A stretch of 37,851 nt of DNA from Lophium mytilinum (lineage: Eukaryota). The position numbers and the translations under genes were made by a program. Below the pieces are notes generated by a model, which saw nothing but the letters and a program-made list of their open reading frames with translations, searched no databases and had not been told where the DNA came from. Shown here piece after piece: positions 19,401-31,567 of this stretch. Numbering within the stretch: the stretch's first letter is position 1; every line of letters starts with the position of its first letter. The stretch is from assembly GCA_010093605.1 (NCBI GenBank), contig MU004184.1:2366801-2404651 (forward strand), in the 5' to 3' direction.

Positions 19401-20477
19401 CCATCCTGATTCGTAATTCGTATCAACACATCGCTTCGTAGACGTCTTCTTTTTGCAAAAGCAAGTCTGAGTGGGTCCCATATGGGCACATGGAGGGCAA
19501 GGCCCGCTATGACATATGTTCGGGCAAGGATGAGGGCATTTCTTCAACAGTCGTTGTCTCGCACAAGTTTGACCGCAAGAAAAGGGCGGGGTTCCAGGAA
19601 GGGGTCTCGGATCTACCTCTTTCTCGCACCAACATGTGAACATCTTCGGCATGTCATCCTTTGGAAGGTTGCAGCCAGGGCATCTCCATTGCCGCGGTGG
19701 AGGCATTTCACCGTCCTGGGCTTCGCGGCGCGCAGCAGCAGAGCCTTCGTTGGTAGACCACTTCTTGATACAGCTCAGATGGAAAACAGTCCAGCACGTT
19801 CGGCACGACCACACGCGCGAATTTCTCCGCACGTCTTCGGTACAAATCGCGCACTCATAGTGGCCATTGTCAATATCCTCGTGCGTTCTCGTTGAGATAT
19901 CCGGCGCTTGTGATTTTGACATCCGACGCCTTCGGGGCAAGTTCTTCGCTCGACCCGAATGGGGCTGGCCAGGTCGGAATTCAGGCGCATCGGCTTGCAA
20001 TCCTGAGGCTTTAGACCGACCAGTGGGGTTCCCCTGGTCCGCGGATTCCTGCGTCAAATCGCCACCGAATTGACGACGTCCGCCAGCTGCCATGCGAGAC
20101 TGGTCTCCGCCTCTCCCTCTGCCTGCATTATGATTGTCGCCTCTGGCCCGACCTTGAGGACCCCCGCGACCTCCTCTTCCTCTTCGCGATGGTCCGTGAT
20201 TCTCGCTAGTAGAAGCCTCCGCGATAGAAGGTTCGCCGGGCGCAGGTTGGGATGGAGGAGCTACAGTCGCTGGGGTCAAAGCTGTGCCTCCACGGCCGCG
20301 TTGGGGTCCGCCTCGACCCCTCCTGCCTCCCCGCTGTGGTTGTCCATTCTCGGGCTGGTCAGGAGCCTGCGACGGTGGGTTTCGGTTCTTCGGTCGTCGT
20401 CGTCTTGGGGGTGGCTGGTCCGTAGGCCCGGTTGGTAGCTGTCCTGGAGGAGGTCCTGCAGCTGGAGTTGCGGACAT
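16432..20477 (-). CDS. FAP1: FKBP12-associated protein 1 / NFX1-type protein (RING, NF-X1 zinc fingers, R3H), 1219 aa; complement(join(16432..17869,18256..20477))
   Basis: RING motif YECAIC..WSCRTCWTVFHLSCIKKW..WRCPGC, many CGxHxCxxxCHxGxC NF-X1 repeats, and R3H motif RFKPM..RAFLHALAEDFGFDSESVDPEPHRHV. Intron 17870-18255 (GTAAGT..GCTAAC..CCAG) joins CGAHK|CQKQCH. Confidence 0.95.
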
Positions 20478-21118
20478 GCTCTGATGGATATGGGCTATGG
20501 CGCTGGCCCCGTGGGTTTCCAGCGTGCACGAAGTGGGGAGTCTTCGGGTCTTTTGGTTTCGAGGAATCGGATGAGGCGCCCTTGACAGTGGCAAGAGATT
20601 GTAGGCAGTAAGAACTCTGGAATCTCAAGAAGTTTGCTGGAATTAGTTGGAGGGGCAAACCCGGATGCTTCGTAAGGAATTTGACGAAGGAACTCGCTCA
20701 GGCACCAATAAATATGGCCTGGTGAACGGTAAAGAAAGGAAGCTGGTGGGGAGGGAGTGAGTTAGTGGCGAGCAAATGTTCTTGTAGTCGTAGAGAATAT
20801 TTGGCCACGGACAGCAAGCGACGCTAGCATGCAAGCACAGCCTGCCTGAGGACTCAGAGCAGGCGCCGTCACTATGACTCACGCCCGTGTCTGCAGGATT
20901 CGTCCGCTTGTACAAACACCAAATCCGAGGTCGTGCAGGATTGAGAGGGAATGGTAGCTGCGTGAATGCTGGATGTCTATAGTTCTTCGGTGTTGACTCG
21001 GCGGGCGCGAGAGGCGTCATTAATTCGGAGCTTCGGCGAAGGTGTTGTTCCACCAGCTTGGCACCTTGGTCTTCATCAAGCTCGCCCTCATCCATCACCC
21101 CCATCACGATACCCAGAC

Positions 21119-22237
21119 ATGGCATTGCGATCACTTGGGGCACTCGCTCTCGCATCTGCATCCGCAGTCTCCGCCTTCCAGAACACGTCCCCTTTCTTTC
21201 TCTTCTCCACCTCCGAGTAGGCCGCCCAGAGCTCCTCCGTAGGCCTCAAGCTAATTACTTCTTCCAGCCGACTCCAGCTCTTTGATAACGCCAACTCCCA
21301 GCTTCTCAGCGCGAATGCCCTCAATACATATCTCAAGCAGTCCCTCGCGGAATGTGCGCCATCGGGAACATCCGAGACCTACATCGTTGTCCACCAAGCT
21401 GGCGCCTCCACCTCCGACTACCAGGACGACAAATCCGCGCCCTATCTCTCCGGGTGGCTAGACGGAAGCGATCCCCAAATCAAACAGAAGATAGTCGTGC
21501 CAGAAGTCGTGGGTCGGACCTATCCTCTAATAGAGACCGTTCAGACAACCCTCAATGAATGCGGAGGGACAGCGGAATGGTTAAATCACAGTAGGGGCTG
21601 TTTTTCCGATCTGCTCTGACGCTGAAGCTAATAATCGTCTGCAGAGAACGTGACAGATAATACTGGAAAGTCGTATGCAGGAAGGGTTCGCGAGGGCCCT
21701 CAAATCATCACAATTTCGTATCCTGCCCTCTCAGCACAAAACTCCGCTGATAAGCTCGCGGAGCACGGTTGGTTTCCTCAGCAGCCAATTTGAGGATTAG
21801 AGCTAATTTCTACCTAGATGCACTGCTTTCCGACTTCATCCACAACTACATGAAAGACGAGCAGTGGACTGTTATATATGTGACGACGCCAAGAGATGCG
21901 CCTGAGGAACTGGCGACACAGGCATACGAGATGGACGAGCCTTTCCCCGACAACGTCAACATCGAGCTAAAGCGAGACGTCGACAGCCATGAGAAAGAAA
22001 GGGTGTTGGAGGGTGGTCTTTTCGAGAAATACATGTTCCTTTCTCCAGGTACGTTCCACCTCCCATGTCTCACAAATCCTAGCTAATGCGAACCTGCTAG
22101 GTCTCTTCATGGGCCTTACCGCCGCTGTTCCTCTCTTCCTCATCCTATACGTCGGCATCTCCGCTCTCACTAGCCTCGAAGTGTCATACTTTGCTTTTAG
22201 CAAAGAGATGGGTCCGGTAGCGCAGAAGAAGCAATAG
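21119..22237 (+). CDS. BIG1 / V-ATPase accessory (Ac45/Voa1)-like type I ER membrane protein, 303 aa; join(21119..21216,21268..21590,21645..21767,21818..22048,22101..22237)
   Basis: A signal peptide is followed by FQNTSPFFLFST, with C..TYIVVHQAG internally and a C-terminal GGLFEKYMFLSPGLFMG-TM-LEVSYFAFSKEMGPVAQKKQ. Four introns with GCTAAT branch points all preserve the frame. Confidence 0.88.
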
Positions 22238-25200
22238 GTGGGTATGTATATTGTGTAAAGAAGGCTGTGTATGGAATTGGAGTCATGGCGCGAGGCTAAA
22301 GATCTATCGAGATAGCGGAATGAATTGCTTGTCTTTTTGGAAATCATATCTGCATGGATTGATGATCGCCGCTAAGCATCCAATCAATGCAGCTAGATCT
22401 CTATCCTTTCTCATCACTATCCTTTTCACGCCCTGTAGACCAGAGAACTTTCCGTTCAATACAATGGCGGTAACTAGACTCATTGACAAGGGAAAATATG
22501 AGTGCTCCACGAGCCTCGGCTTTACTTGGCGAGCTAGCGCCAACCACCAACATTAGTCTGTGTATGGGGATGAAGATGGTGGCCAGTAAGGAAGTTTGAG
22601 AAGTTACGACGTGTTAGTGGCACATCGCCTTCGGCCAAAATGTCATCGAAGATAGATCTTTTGGTCGCTCCCTTGGTAGGGACGCTCTGTATTTCCGACC
22701 TTCATAACACTATGAAGAGGCTCACCATTAAAATAGCAGTTTCTAGCTAATTACTAATGCGGGAACATTCGAGTATTTGCGAAGTGGGGTTGCGATTTCT
22801 GTAAAATTGCGACTTCTATGGATTTCTTGGTGGAGAGGCTGGGAAATTGTGCACCAACAGTCTCGGCAATCAACGCATGCAACCATCGGAGCGGACTATG
22901 GGAGTGAAGAATAGCCCTCATCAATGCGGTTTAGGTTACGCCTCAGGTTGGCTACAAGAAGTAGCTTTCTAATTACCGGATGCTTTTGGGTGGAGGTCTT
23001 TCCCATTTCGAATTCGACATTTCCTTTGACGTCTCGTTCATGCAGGTGGCTCGGAGGACCGCCTTCAAGTATATCTCTCACCGTGGCAGATGCTGCTGGA
23101 TTGCTGGTTGGGAGCTTGCCGACAACACTGGAAACAAAGGTTCATGCGGATGTGCCTATGCGTTGGTGACCTCGACCAGGGTGGCTACAGCGCGGGTCTT
23201 TGGGTTGTACATCTAATGTGAGGCTAAGGGGCCCGGTCCAATATCTCCGTCGGGGTGATACTATAGAAACCCAGAAAATGATATGCAAATACTGCATGAA
23301 GAGGGAAATCAACCGAGGCATATGGTCATCGATGAGACGAGTTCTTTCTGCTCTGGAACGCAATCAAATACTACCACATGACTCGGATGATATCAATGCT
23401 GAGAAAATCGGGCGTGCTGAGCTCTGCGCATAAAGCAGCGCCGAGGAACGGTTGACGAGTCGGGATCGATAGATCTATCGGAGCCTTCACATAGAGACCG
23501 CCGAAAGCCGCTCACACTGGCGCCTTCAGTACATGAAAGTATCATTCTAGCTAAAAGTGTCCCCTTCGGTGGTCGAGATTGCGTCGTCTAAAGTTCTTTT
23601 CATCTGGTGGGAAAGAAGGCTATGACACTCTTTTATCCATGGGTCGCAACGAATTAGAACCTGTCTCTACACCTTCTGAACTACCGACGACGCCTCACTT
23701 GCACTCTCAAAGCACTGTAGAAAAGCTATTCATAGTGCTATCGAGACGGCGCCTCTATCTGGCCATGGGATGCTCTGAGACCTTGTCCTGCTGATAGCTT
23801 ACGGACTGAAAAGGGCGCTTTGCGGGTTCGAATGAGGAGGCCTTGTTCCGGCAGTTTCGATAGCATGGATGAGAGAGGATGTCATAGTCTCGGGTCTAAT
23901 CTGTTTGCGCTATCTGTGATGAAGGTCTTAAGAATCCCATGGGAAAGAGCAATCTCGAGCTATGAAACAGTCCAATTTCTGCTTCATAAGGATAGCGGGT
24001 CCCTTCAAACGACTCATGATCTCGTTCGACATCGACCGTATTATCATTGCATGAGAATCCTCGAAATCTAGTATGAAAAAAATGTATAGAGTAGCAAGAC
24101 TTGCAAACCCTGTGCAATAAGAGGCCTCCCTCGCGCTTGAAAGATACATCACCGAGAGTGGCTATGATCTTGACTGAGACCGTTCTCTCGCCTCCAAGTG
24201 AGATTCGTAAGAGCCTCCCGGTAAAGCAATGTATGAAGCGATAATAATCTTAGAGAGCCTTACGGAAGAGATCCTCTTCCTTGCGCTTTCAAACCGCTCG
24301 TGGCAGGCTGATATGATCTCCTCCAATGTCGCGACATGAACGAGCGAATGGGAAGTTCGGAAAGGCTCCCGGCAAAGAGCCTGAAGAGCTGCAAAATGCA
24401 GTTGCGACCCTGATTATGGGTTGCGCTTTCGAACCATAAAGGTCCGAGAATCGCATGATTCTGTCTAATTGCGAGAATTGATGGGCGTACGGAGATTGCG
24501 AACCATTTTCGTCTAACAATCGTGGGTAGTTGTAAGATCGGACTACCCATACTCTCATGAAAGCGTGGGTTTCAGATTTCGTTGCATGAGGGGGGCAGTC
24601 CAACACCCTGTGAGGCGGCCCAGGGAGCTATTGGGCTTGCTAAGGCTGGCCTCCTACGAATTTAGATGATCTACAGGGGGACCTCGGGTGATGCTAACCA
24701 AGGGTACAGAGACACAGTGCGGATGTACGTTTCGAGGATAGGAGAGTTCATATGAAGAAAACGGACTCCTGAACTACTACATCTTATTCAAAGGGCGCCT
24801 GATCGGGATTCGAATTCGGTTTTCGAATCGAGTATCGACATCGTCCATATTTTGGGCCGTGCCTTAGGTTTCCATCCAAGCCGATCTGAATAAGACGTGC
24901 GAAGGGTTCCGTCGATGAGTTTGGAGTTTCCTCGAAGGTCGTAGTCTGCCATGTCCGAAATGAAAATCTGCGGAGTAGAGATGCATACGGCATGGACTGG
25001 GAATTCAGAGTTGCAAAGGGAATGCAATTTGGGCGAAGGGGGTACTCCTTAGGACGCGCACCATGTTTCGAAAGCGGAGAGGCGGATTGGTGGATGAGAT
25101 GTCGAGGGGTAGTGGCGTGGTAAGAAGTCCGAGGAGAAATCCGGAAGGGATCTGTGACGGAGAATTTTATTTGTGCTTGGATCCGAATTTTATATAGACA

Positions 25201-25297
25201 ATTTTACGAATTGAAATAAGCAACTGTTAGCTATTCAAGACTTGTGCTTCCTATTAGTTTGCCTGCCTGCTATAGCCCCGACGGAGATCGAACCACC

Positions 25298-26446
25298 CTA
25301 CGCCGCTGCGCAATTCAGATGCCATTTCGCATGAGGACGGGAGTCCCATATCCACGACAGCTTTGTGAAGCATACAGTCTGAAGCAACTTTCTAGAGGCC
25401 CAATTGCGGAAGACCAGGTCCATCATACGTGGGAAGTATGACCCTTTACAAAGAAAGCCGTAGCAGACTTGAGAATACGATTGCTCCTCATACGATGCGA
25501 GGAAAAGTTCTATGGTGAGGAATTCCAAGATCAACATAGTTATCACAGTCGGCTTTAGCACCAAATCCCATAGCCCCCAAAGTACAGCACGCAGCATTTC
25601 AAGCTTGCTGGCGTGCGGCCAGAAGGACCTCAGTTCTCGCAATGCGTCGATGAATTCGCCGATTTTCACACCGTTGGGGTCCTCAACGATCCAGCATGCC
25701 CATTCTAAAACAGTGGGACCCCAGAACGACCAGTCCAGTGTGTCGATATTGACTTTCAGTACGGGCGGATCCGTCAGATGCGCATCCCGCCATGAAGCAG
25801 TCCGCTCGCCAAGGTTAATGCCCCCGGTAAGGCTCGAAACGGAGAGCGGACTGTTAAAAGTGAACGTCAACGCCCCATCGTCATCGACCCACCAGCAGTG
25901 CCTGTCAATGGCCCAGTAATGTGGCGCGAGACCGTATACCCACTCAGGCCAGGGCCGGCGGTCCTTTTTAAGAAGTGGATTGAGATGTTTGGACTTCGGT
26001 ACTCGATGATTTTGTGAACATGACCAACAGACTCCGGTAACAGTTGCTTCTATGGGCTTTAGAGCCCGGGTTTCGAAACTTATTCCGTTGTTCCGACTCG
26101 GTATCCGGCGAATCCAGAGGCGATGCTGGATCTTTGGCGAACTGTCGATGACGTTTCTCCAACGTTTATTGATGGATCTGTAGCGCAGTTGATGGGGTGT
26201 TCCGGCACACATAATGATATTTTCGAGTATCTCGGTGACATTTAAGGCTCGAAACGTTGCGGATGCCGGGTCGATGCAGATACACTGGTTGTGACGAGCC
26301 TGCACCTTGGCCCTGTAATGATATCGAAACCCGTGTACTACATCGACACCAATACGAGAAGACTGATAGAGGAACGGGGGGAGTTCGAAAATGAGACGCC
26401 GAGGGAGATTAGGCACCAAAGCAATCGTGGTGAAGGAGAAGTCCAT
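25298..26446 (-). CDS. F-box-like protein of the lineage-expanded Dothideomycete type, 382 aa (start uncertain)
   Basis: F-box-like segment ALNVTEILENII....LRYRSINKRWRNVIDSSPKIQHRLW. The downstream ASWRDAHLTDPP and VEDPNGVKIGE resemble the SWRxMxLTxPP and GVTxG motifs of such families. Confidence 0.7.
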   Translation of the reverse strand: MDFSFTTIALVPNLPRRLIFELPPFLYQSSRIGVDVVHGFRYHYRAKVQARHNQCICIDPASATFRALNVTEILENIIMCAGTPHQLRYRSINKRWRNVIDSSPKIQHRLWIRRIPSRNNGISFETRALKPIEATVTGVCWSCSQNHRVPKSKHLNPLLKKDRRPWPEWVYGLAPHYWAIDRHCWWVDDDGALTFTFNSPLSVSSLTGGINLGERTASWRDAHLTDPPVLKVNIDTLDWSFWGPTVLEWACWIVEDPNGVKIGEFIDALRELRSFWPHASKLEMLRAVLWGLWDLVLKPTVITMLILEFLTIELFLASYEEQSYSQVCYGFLCKGSYFPRMMDLVFRNWASRKLLQTVCFTKLSWIWDSRPHAKWHLNCAAA

Positions 26447-27774
26447 GGCGACCGAGAAGCGGTGGTAGATTGTGGTAAGCGTTGTTCGCTGTCGTGAGGT
26501 TGAGTGCTTCGACGAATGCTTGAGCTGGGGACGTTTTTGATTTTATGTTCGTCGTAAGCTGGTGCGGTCTGATCTTGATTCGAATCGAATCATCCTTCGA
26601 AATGGAACCACGTAACAGCAGTCCCGCTAAGCCTCATCGCACAACAAGAGGCTGGGAAGGGACTAGGCCAGATATGCCTATCATTGCGCGAATGCTCGCC
26701 GACGTGCCTTGTATTTCGGATGTGTGCACGCAAGTAAAGTGTTCGCGCGCCAATTTGTTTGAACGTTGCGATAAGAAGTGACTGTAGGCTTGACGCCAGA
26801 ACAGTTTTGCTAAAAGATGACACATAGACGAGCCATTCTTGGAGGTTGTTGATCCATGGAGAGCACTGGCTCTCAACCATGGACGTCTACGACAAGTGAC
26901 TCATCACAGGCTTGAATCTTCGATCTTTAGGCAGCGAAATTGTGAAGATGAGCCAGATGATCAGAAAGATGATGATCAGAAAGCAAAGAAGGTTATATCC
27001 TACGTGTCGTGCCCAAGATGTTGACGCTTACCGAGCAGAGATGCGGCACTGACAGAGCTTCAGAACGACGGAAGTTTGAAGGACAACTTGAGAGAATTCC
27101 CATTTGAAGGAGACCGTTCATTCTCTATCATCTTTAGAGGTATGGCTGCCGCTACTCGGGAACTCTCACTCTGAGCCCATTCACCTTGTCACTACGAATC
27201 TAAATCCCCAGCACAAGTCGACCTTGATCAAAATATCCGATAACACGTCCCGATTGACCAACAGAACGACTTACTCCGGAGAACTGCAGCTGTCTAAGTC
27301 TGGAGAAGATGAGAATTTAGAAGAAGGGGGTGGAAAGCATATCCAATCCAAGACGTCTCATGCTTAAGAGGCGAGGATCTTGCCCCAGTACTGACCTATA
27401 TTCTGTTCCTTCACGACAACGGGTTTTACTCTTCATCTAAATTCACATCATTGCCTCAATCTCGCATACGAACGGTCTTCCAAGGCCGAAATAGTAGGAT
27501 GCGTGCCCTCAAAAACTCGCAGCATCGACTCCATCGGACAATCGAATGCGACAGCAACGCCCCCCCTCCGCACCCATCCCCGTCTACCCGCTCCCCAAGC
27601 CCCCTTAGGCAGCTCAACCCGCTCACGATGCTGAAACTTCGCACCATCACCAAGAGCATGGAAGGATGTCGTCAAAAAGCACGCCCTACGCCGCATCCAT
27701 GCTAGCGCAGCCTCCCGCATTGCTCCCAAAAACAGCAGCGGGCTGGCCGCCGATAGCCGATCCCTGGCACAACA

Positions 27775-27813
27775 CCAAACTATAGGGTAAGCCCGCGCCA
27801 AACTATAGGGTAA
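27775..27813. repeat. Perfect 16-bp direct repeat CCAAACTATAGGGTAA x2 upstream of the dehydratase gene
   Basis: Copies lie at 27775-27790 and 27798-27813, with a third GGGTAA near 27829. Confidence 0.85.
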
Positions 27814-28030
27814 CATGCAATCACGATGGGGTAAGAGATACGGACTAGACCTCTGCGGTTTGAGGGGGAGGAGAAAACCGGAGCGCGCATGCTGTTTGGG
27901 GGTTTCTTATCTGCGTCCCACTTGCAAACGTTTAAGAGGGCTCACATTCCCGTAGCTTTCGCGGTTCTTTTCGTCTCACATCACTCTCAACACTTTTCAC
28001 TTTATCAATTGAAGAAAGAGTGACATCGCA

Positions 28031-29342
28031 ATGGCTGTACCTATCCAGCCCCCCTCGCCCCCAGCCTCTGGCACCACCTCCCCAAAGCAACAGCACGCAC
28101 AACCATGGATCACGACTCCACTCAAGGAGTCAGCCGCGCTGTCAAAGGCGGCGGGATGGTACGGTCACACTTCCCTCCTCCACTGTTCATCACATCACGG
28201 ATCTTCTAAATCGTAGAAGCAGAATCTTCCTCAAGCTAGAGAACCTGCAGCCAAGCGGTAGCTTCAAGAGCCGGTAAGCAGCATTCAAAATCTCTCTAGA
28301 TCGTCTATACTATCACGACAGTGATCACGTGATCCCCCATCTTCTCATCCCTCTCTATCGTCCTCTACAAGATCCACTCTAACACTCCCCAAGCGGCATC
28401 GGCCACTACATCCTCCGCCGCCTCGCCGCCCTCCCCCCCAGCACCCGCCCGCACATCTTCTCCTCCAGCGGCGGCAACGCCGGCCTTGCCGCCGTGCACG
28501 CCTCCACCGCCCTCGGCCTGCCCGCCACCGTCTGCGTGCCCCTCTCCACAAAACCGCTCATGATCTCCAAACTCCACGCCGCCGGCGCCTTGGATGTCGT
28601 CGCGCACGGCGCCGCCTGGGCCGAAGCCGACGCGCACCTCCGAGAGGTTATCATCAAAGAGCACGAGGCCAAGGGCGGCGTGGCGATCTACACTCCCCCG
28701 TTCGACCACCCGGATATCTGGACGGGGAATTCGACGGTTGTGAAGGAGGTTGCGGCGCAGATGCAGGAGAGTGGGGATGGCGCGCCGGATGTGCTGATCT
28801 GCAGCGTTGGGGGTGGGGGCCTGCTGAATGGGGTGATGGAGGGGCTGGATTCTCTGGACCTGAGCTCGAGCGTCGACGTGCTGGCGGTTGAGACGGCGGG
28901 GGCGGAGAGCTTGGCGGCCTCGATGTCGGCTGGCTCTTTGATTAGTCTGCCGAAGATTACGTCGCAGGCGACGAGTTTGGGGGCCGTGAGGGTGGCGAGC
29001 AAGGCGTTTGAGTACGCGACGAGGGAGGGGAGTCGGGTGAGGAGCTTTGTGTTGCCGGATGCTGAGGCGGCTATGGGGTGTTGGCGGCTGGCGGATGATG
29101 AGAGGTTGATGGTGGAGTTGGCGTGTGGGGTTAATGTCGCGCTATGCTATGATGGGCGGCTTGAGAAGGCGCTGGGGCGCAAGGTGCGGCCGGAGGAGAA
29201 GGTGGTGGTTGTGCTCTGTGGTGGCAGCAATGTAACTGCAGAGATGCTGCACCAATGGCGCGAGGAGTTCGGGTGGATTGAGAAGGGGATGCCTGAGACG
29301 GGTGGGAAGGTGCCGAGCGAGGTTGTGAAGCCTGTAGTTTGA
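28031..29342 (+). CDS. PLP-dependent L-serine/L-threonine dehydratase (CHA1-like), 376 aa; join(28031..28158,28220..28273,28394..29342)
   Basis: Motifs PWITTPLKES, IFLKLENLQPSGSFKSRGIG (PLP lysine), SSSGGNAGLA, PPFDHP, CSVGGGGLLNG, ITSQATSLGA and VVLCGGSNVT. Confidence 0.93.
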
Positions 29343-29554
29343 AGGGGTTGTGATTGGGTCTTGGTGGTTTGCGTTGACTTTTTGAATATGATAGAGAAAA
29401 GACTTTGGGTCAGTATCGAAGGATCTAGATAATATACTTTTCTTTTGGGGTTTTATACCATACACCAAACGCCTACCGGGTATCGCATGCATCCCTGAAT
29501 CCGAAATAATACGCCTTACCCCAATATCGCTATTCACGTTACTCGCAAAACCCC

Positions 29555-30664
29555 CTAAGCGGCAGCACTGGCAGTCCCCAATTGCGACTTGCGGAAATTC
29601 CAGTAATTCGCCCGAATCGGATCATACTTCTCCGCCAGCAAATCCAGCACCCTCGCCGCCTCCTCCTTCTTCCCTTGCTCCTGCGCATAGATCTCCGCCA
29701 ACAAATCCAGCGCGTGGCTCGACTTGATTTCCTCAGGCCTCTCCACCGGCGCAAACTCGGCCGCGAACTCCTTCAGCGCAGACGGCGCGAGCTTCGCGGC
29801 CCGCAATACACCGCGGATATAGTTCCACGGCGCTTGGTTCTGGGGCGCTTTGCGGATCGCTTCTTTCGCGTACCTATCCCAATATTAGAACCCTAACGTG
29901 ATGCAGCTCCAAGGAAAACTTACTCAACCTCCCGATCCACTATCTTCTGCTCAACCACCACCCCATCCTCGCGCCCAAACACCAAGAAAAACCGATGATT
30001 CCACACGCTATTATTCCTGACATCATGCTCCAGCATCGCCTCCACATTCTCCAGCTCGCCAGCATCCCACAACGAAAAGCGCTTCACGAGCCACTGGCGG
30101 TAGCTCCAGACGTGGTAGTTCTTGGCATCCTGCTCCATCATGCTGGCGACAAAGGCCTGCTCGCCCTCGGCCGAGTCGAGGGCGTCGACGATGGTCTGGC
30201 GGTGGTGCCAGATCTGGTAGTTTTTGAGGTGCTTGAGCGCGGTCGGGTTGAGCCAGGCGAGCTCGGTGCGGAGGGGGGAGTTGAGGGCGGAAAGGACGCG
30301 GGCGCGGTAGAGCCTAGATTAATTACCGCGTTAGCATATGTCTAGGCTGTGGATTTCCCTGATCTTGCGCCGCACGAGGGTTGTGGAGTCGAGCGCAATG
30401 TCGATGCTAGGGTGGTGTGGACAAAGACTGATTGAGGCGTTCTTACCAGACGGTGTAATGCGCCGGGTTCATCCCAATGATCCGCTCTGTGAGACCAAGC
30501 ACTCGCTCGCTCATCTCGTTCTTCGCCATTACGGCGCGGAGGTACGACATCGCTTCGCTGTATTCGTCTTTATACGCGATGGCGGCGAGAGGGTGCGGGC
30601 CGCCGTCGTCTTGTGGGAGGGGCTCGATGTCGGCCCAGGCGGGGTCGGAGGCGTACGAGGTCAT
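29555..30664 (-). CDS. RAM2: Protein farnesyltransferase / geranylgeranyltransferase-I alpha subunit, 308 aa; complement(join(29555..29873,29924..30313,30447..30664))
   Basis: PPTA repeats NPAHYTVW|LYR, KNYQIWHHRQ, DAKNYHVWSYRQW, DVRNNSVWNHR and PQNQAPWNYIRG, plus C-terminal YDPIRANYW. Two canonical introns. Confidence 0.96.
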
Positions 30665-31567
30665 CGTGAGAGGAGTCTGCGGTTCTGGAGGTCTGGTTGG
30701 GAGAGGGCACCAGCTCGAAGGGTTGCAGGTGTCTTTTGCTGGAGAAGGAGGGGAGGTTGAAGATGACATGCCCTGCATGGTGGGGAGGCTGCGATCGTCG
30801 CGGCAAGCGAGGCTGAGACAAAGCAACACCACGACTGGAGAACAATACCAACGACGGAATGTGTGGAAGTTCTGTGGATGGCGATGAGGGCGTCGACTAC
30901 GGGTTCGAAATTGGGTCGAGTGATGGTGGTGAAATGGTGAATTGAGCTGGAGGGCTTCACAACCTTTTTCTCTGATTGCTTGAGTGCATTTCTTCCTCGT
31001 CTCAACTCATCAATTCTCATCACCAGCCAGATTTTCGACTACTCTTGGCAGAGTCTTTGATGGGAGGAATACGTTGGGTACTGTATCAATGATAATTGGT
31101 TGACGAATGGCCAGCTCTACTTCTCGTTACGACGTTTCTTATGGTCACCGGTAAGACGTATTCTATCGCGCTTTCCTCATCCTCATCGTCGACTTCATCT
31201 ATCTCGATCTAAGTTTCAATTCTTTATCTTCTCTTTCGTAAGCATGTGCATCAGCGAAGCCCAATCTTGCTCGCAAAACACTGCAATGGAGGAACCAATG
31301 CCTCCGCTCTTCTCAATGCAAAATATCCTCAACCTAGGCCAATCCTATCCCGAAGCAGTCAGCCTGTCATCTCCGGGATGGTCGTAGCTACGGGTATGTA
31401 TCTCGTAGTTTGATCTAGGTCTTCTCAAAGAATTTGTATGCTAAGTACTCAGCAACTGTGGTGCGCCGAGATCGAACCACGGTTCGAGGGACTCGATCGC
31501 ACACACTTGAAAGACTGATCCCTCACATATTTACGACGTAACAACCTTCTACGAACAACGGCATCAA

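Noticed and set aside
20478..20594. Upstream extension of FAP1 from the ORF track (and similarly 30665-30832 for RAM2)
   Set aside because: These rely on non-ATG starts or non-conserved sequence. ATG 20477 and ATG 30664 fit better, although an in-frame upstream ATG exists for RAM2.
22300..25250. Many 60-105 aa ORFs on both strands
   Set aside because: I found no recognisable motifs and could not build a convincing spliced model. Decayed genes cannot be excluded.
23243..25288. 13-bp inverted match ATCTCCGTCGGGG / CCCCGACGGAGAT
   Set aside because: Matches of this length are expected by chance in a 38-kb window, and there is no extension or TSD.
26500..27720. Short ORFs between the F-box-like and dehydratase genes
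   Set aside because: They have no recognisable domains or coherent exon chain.
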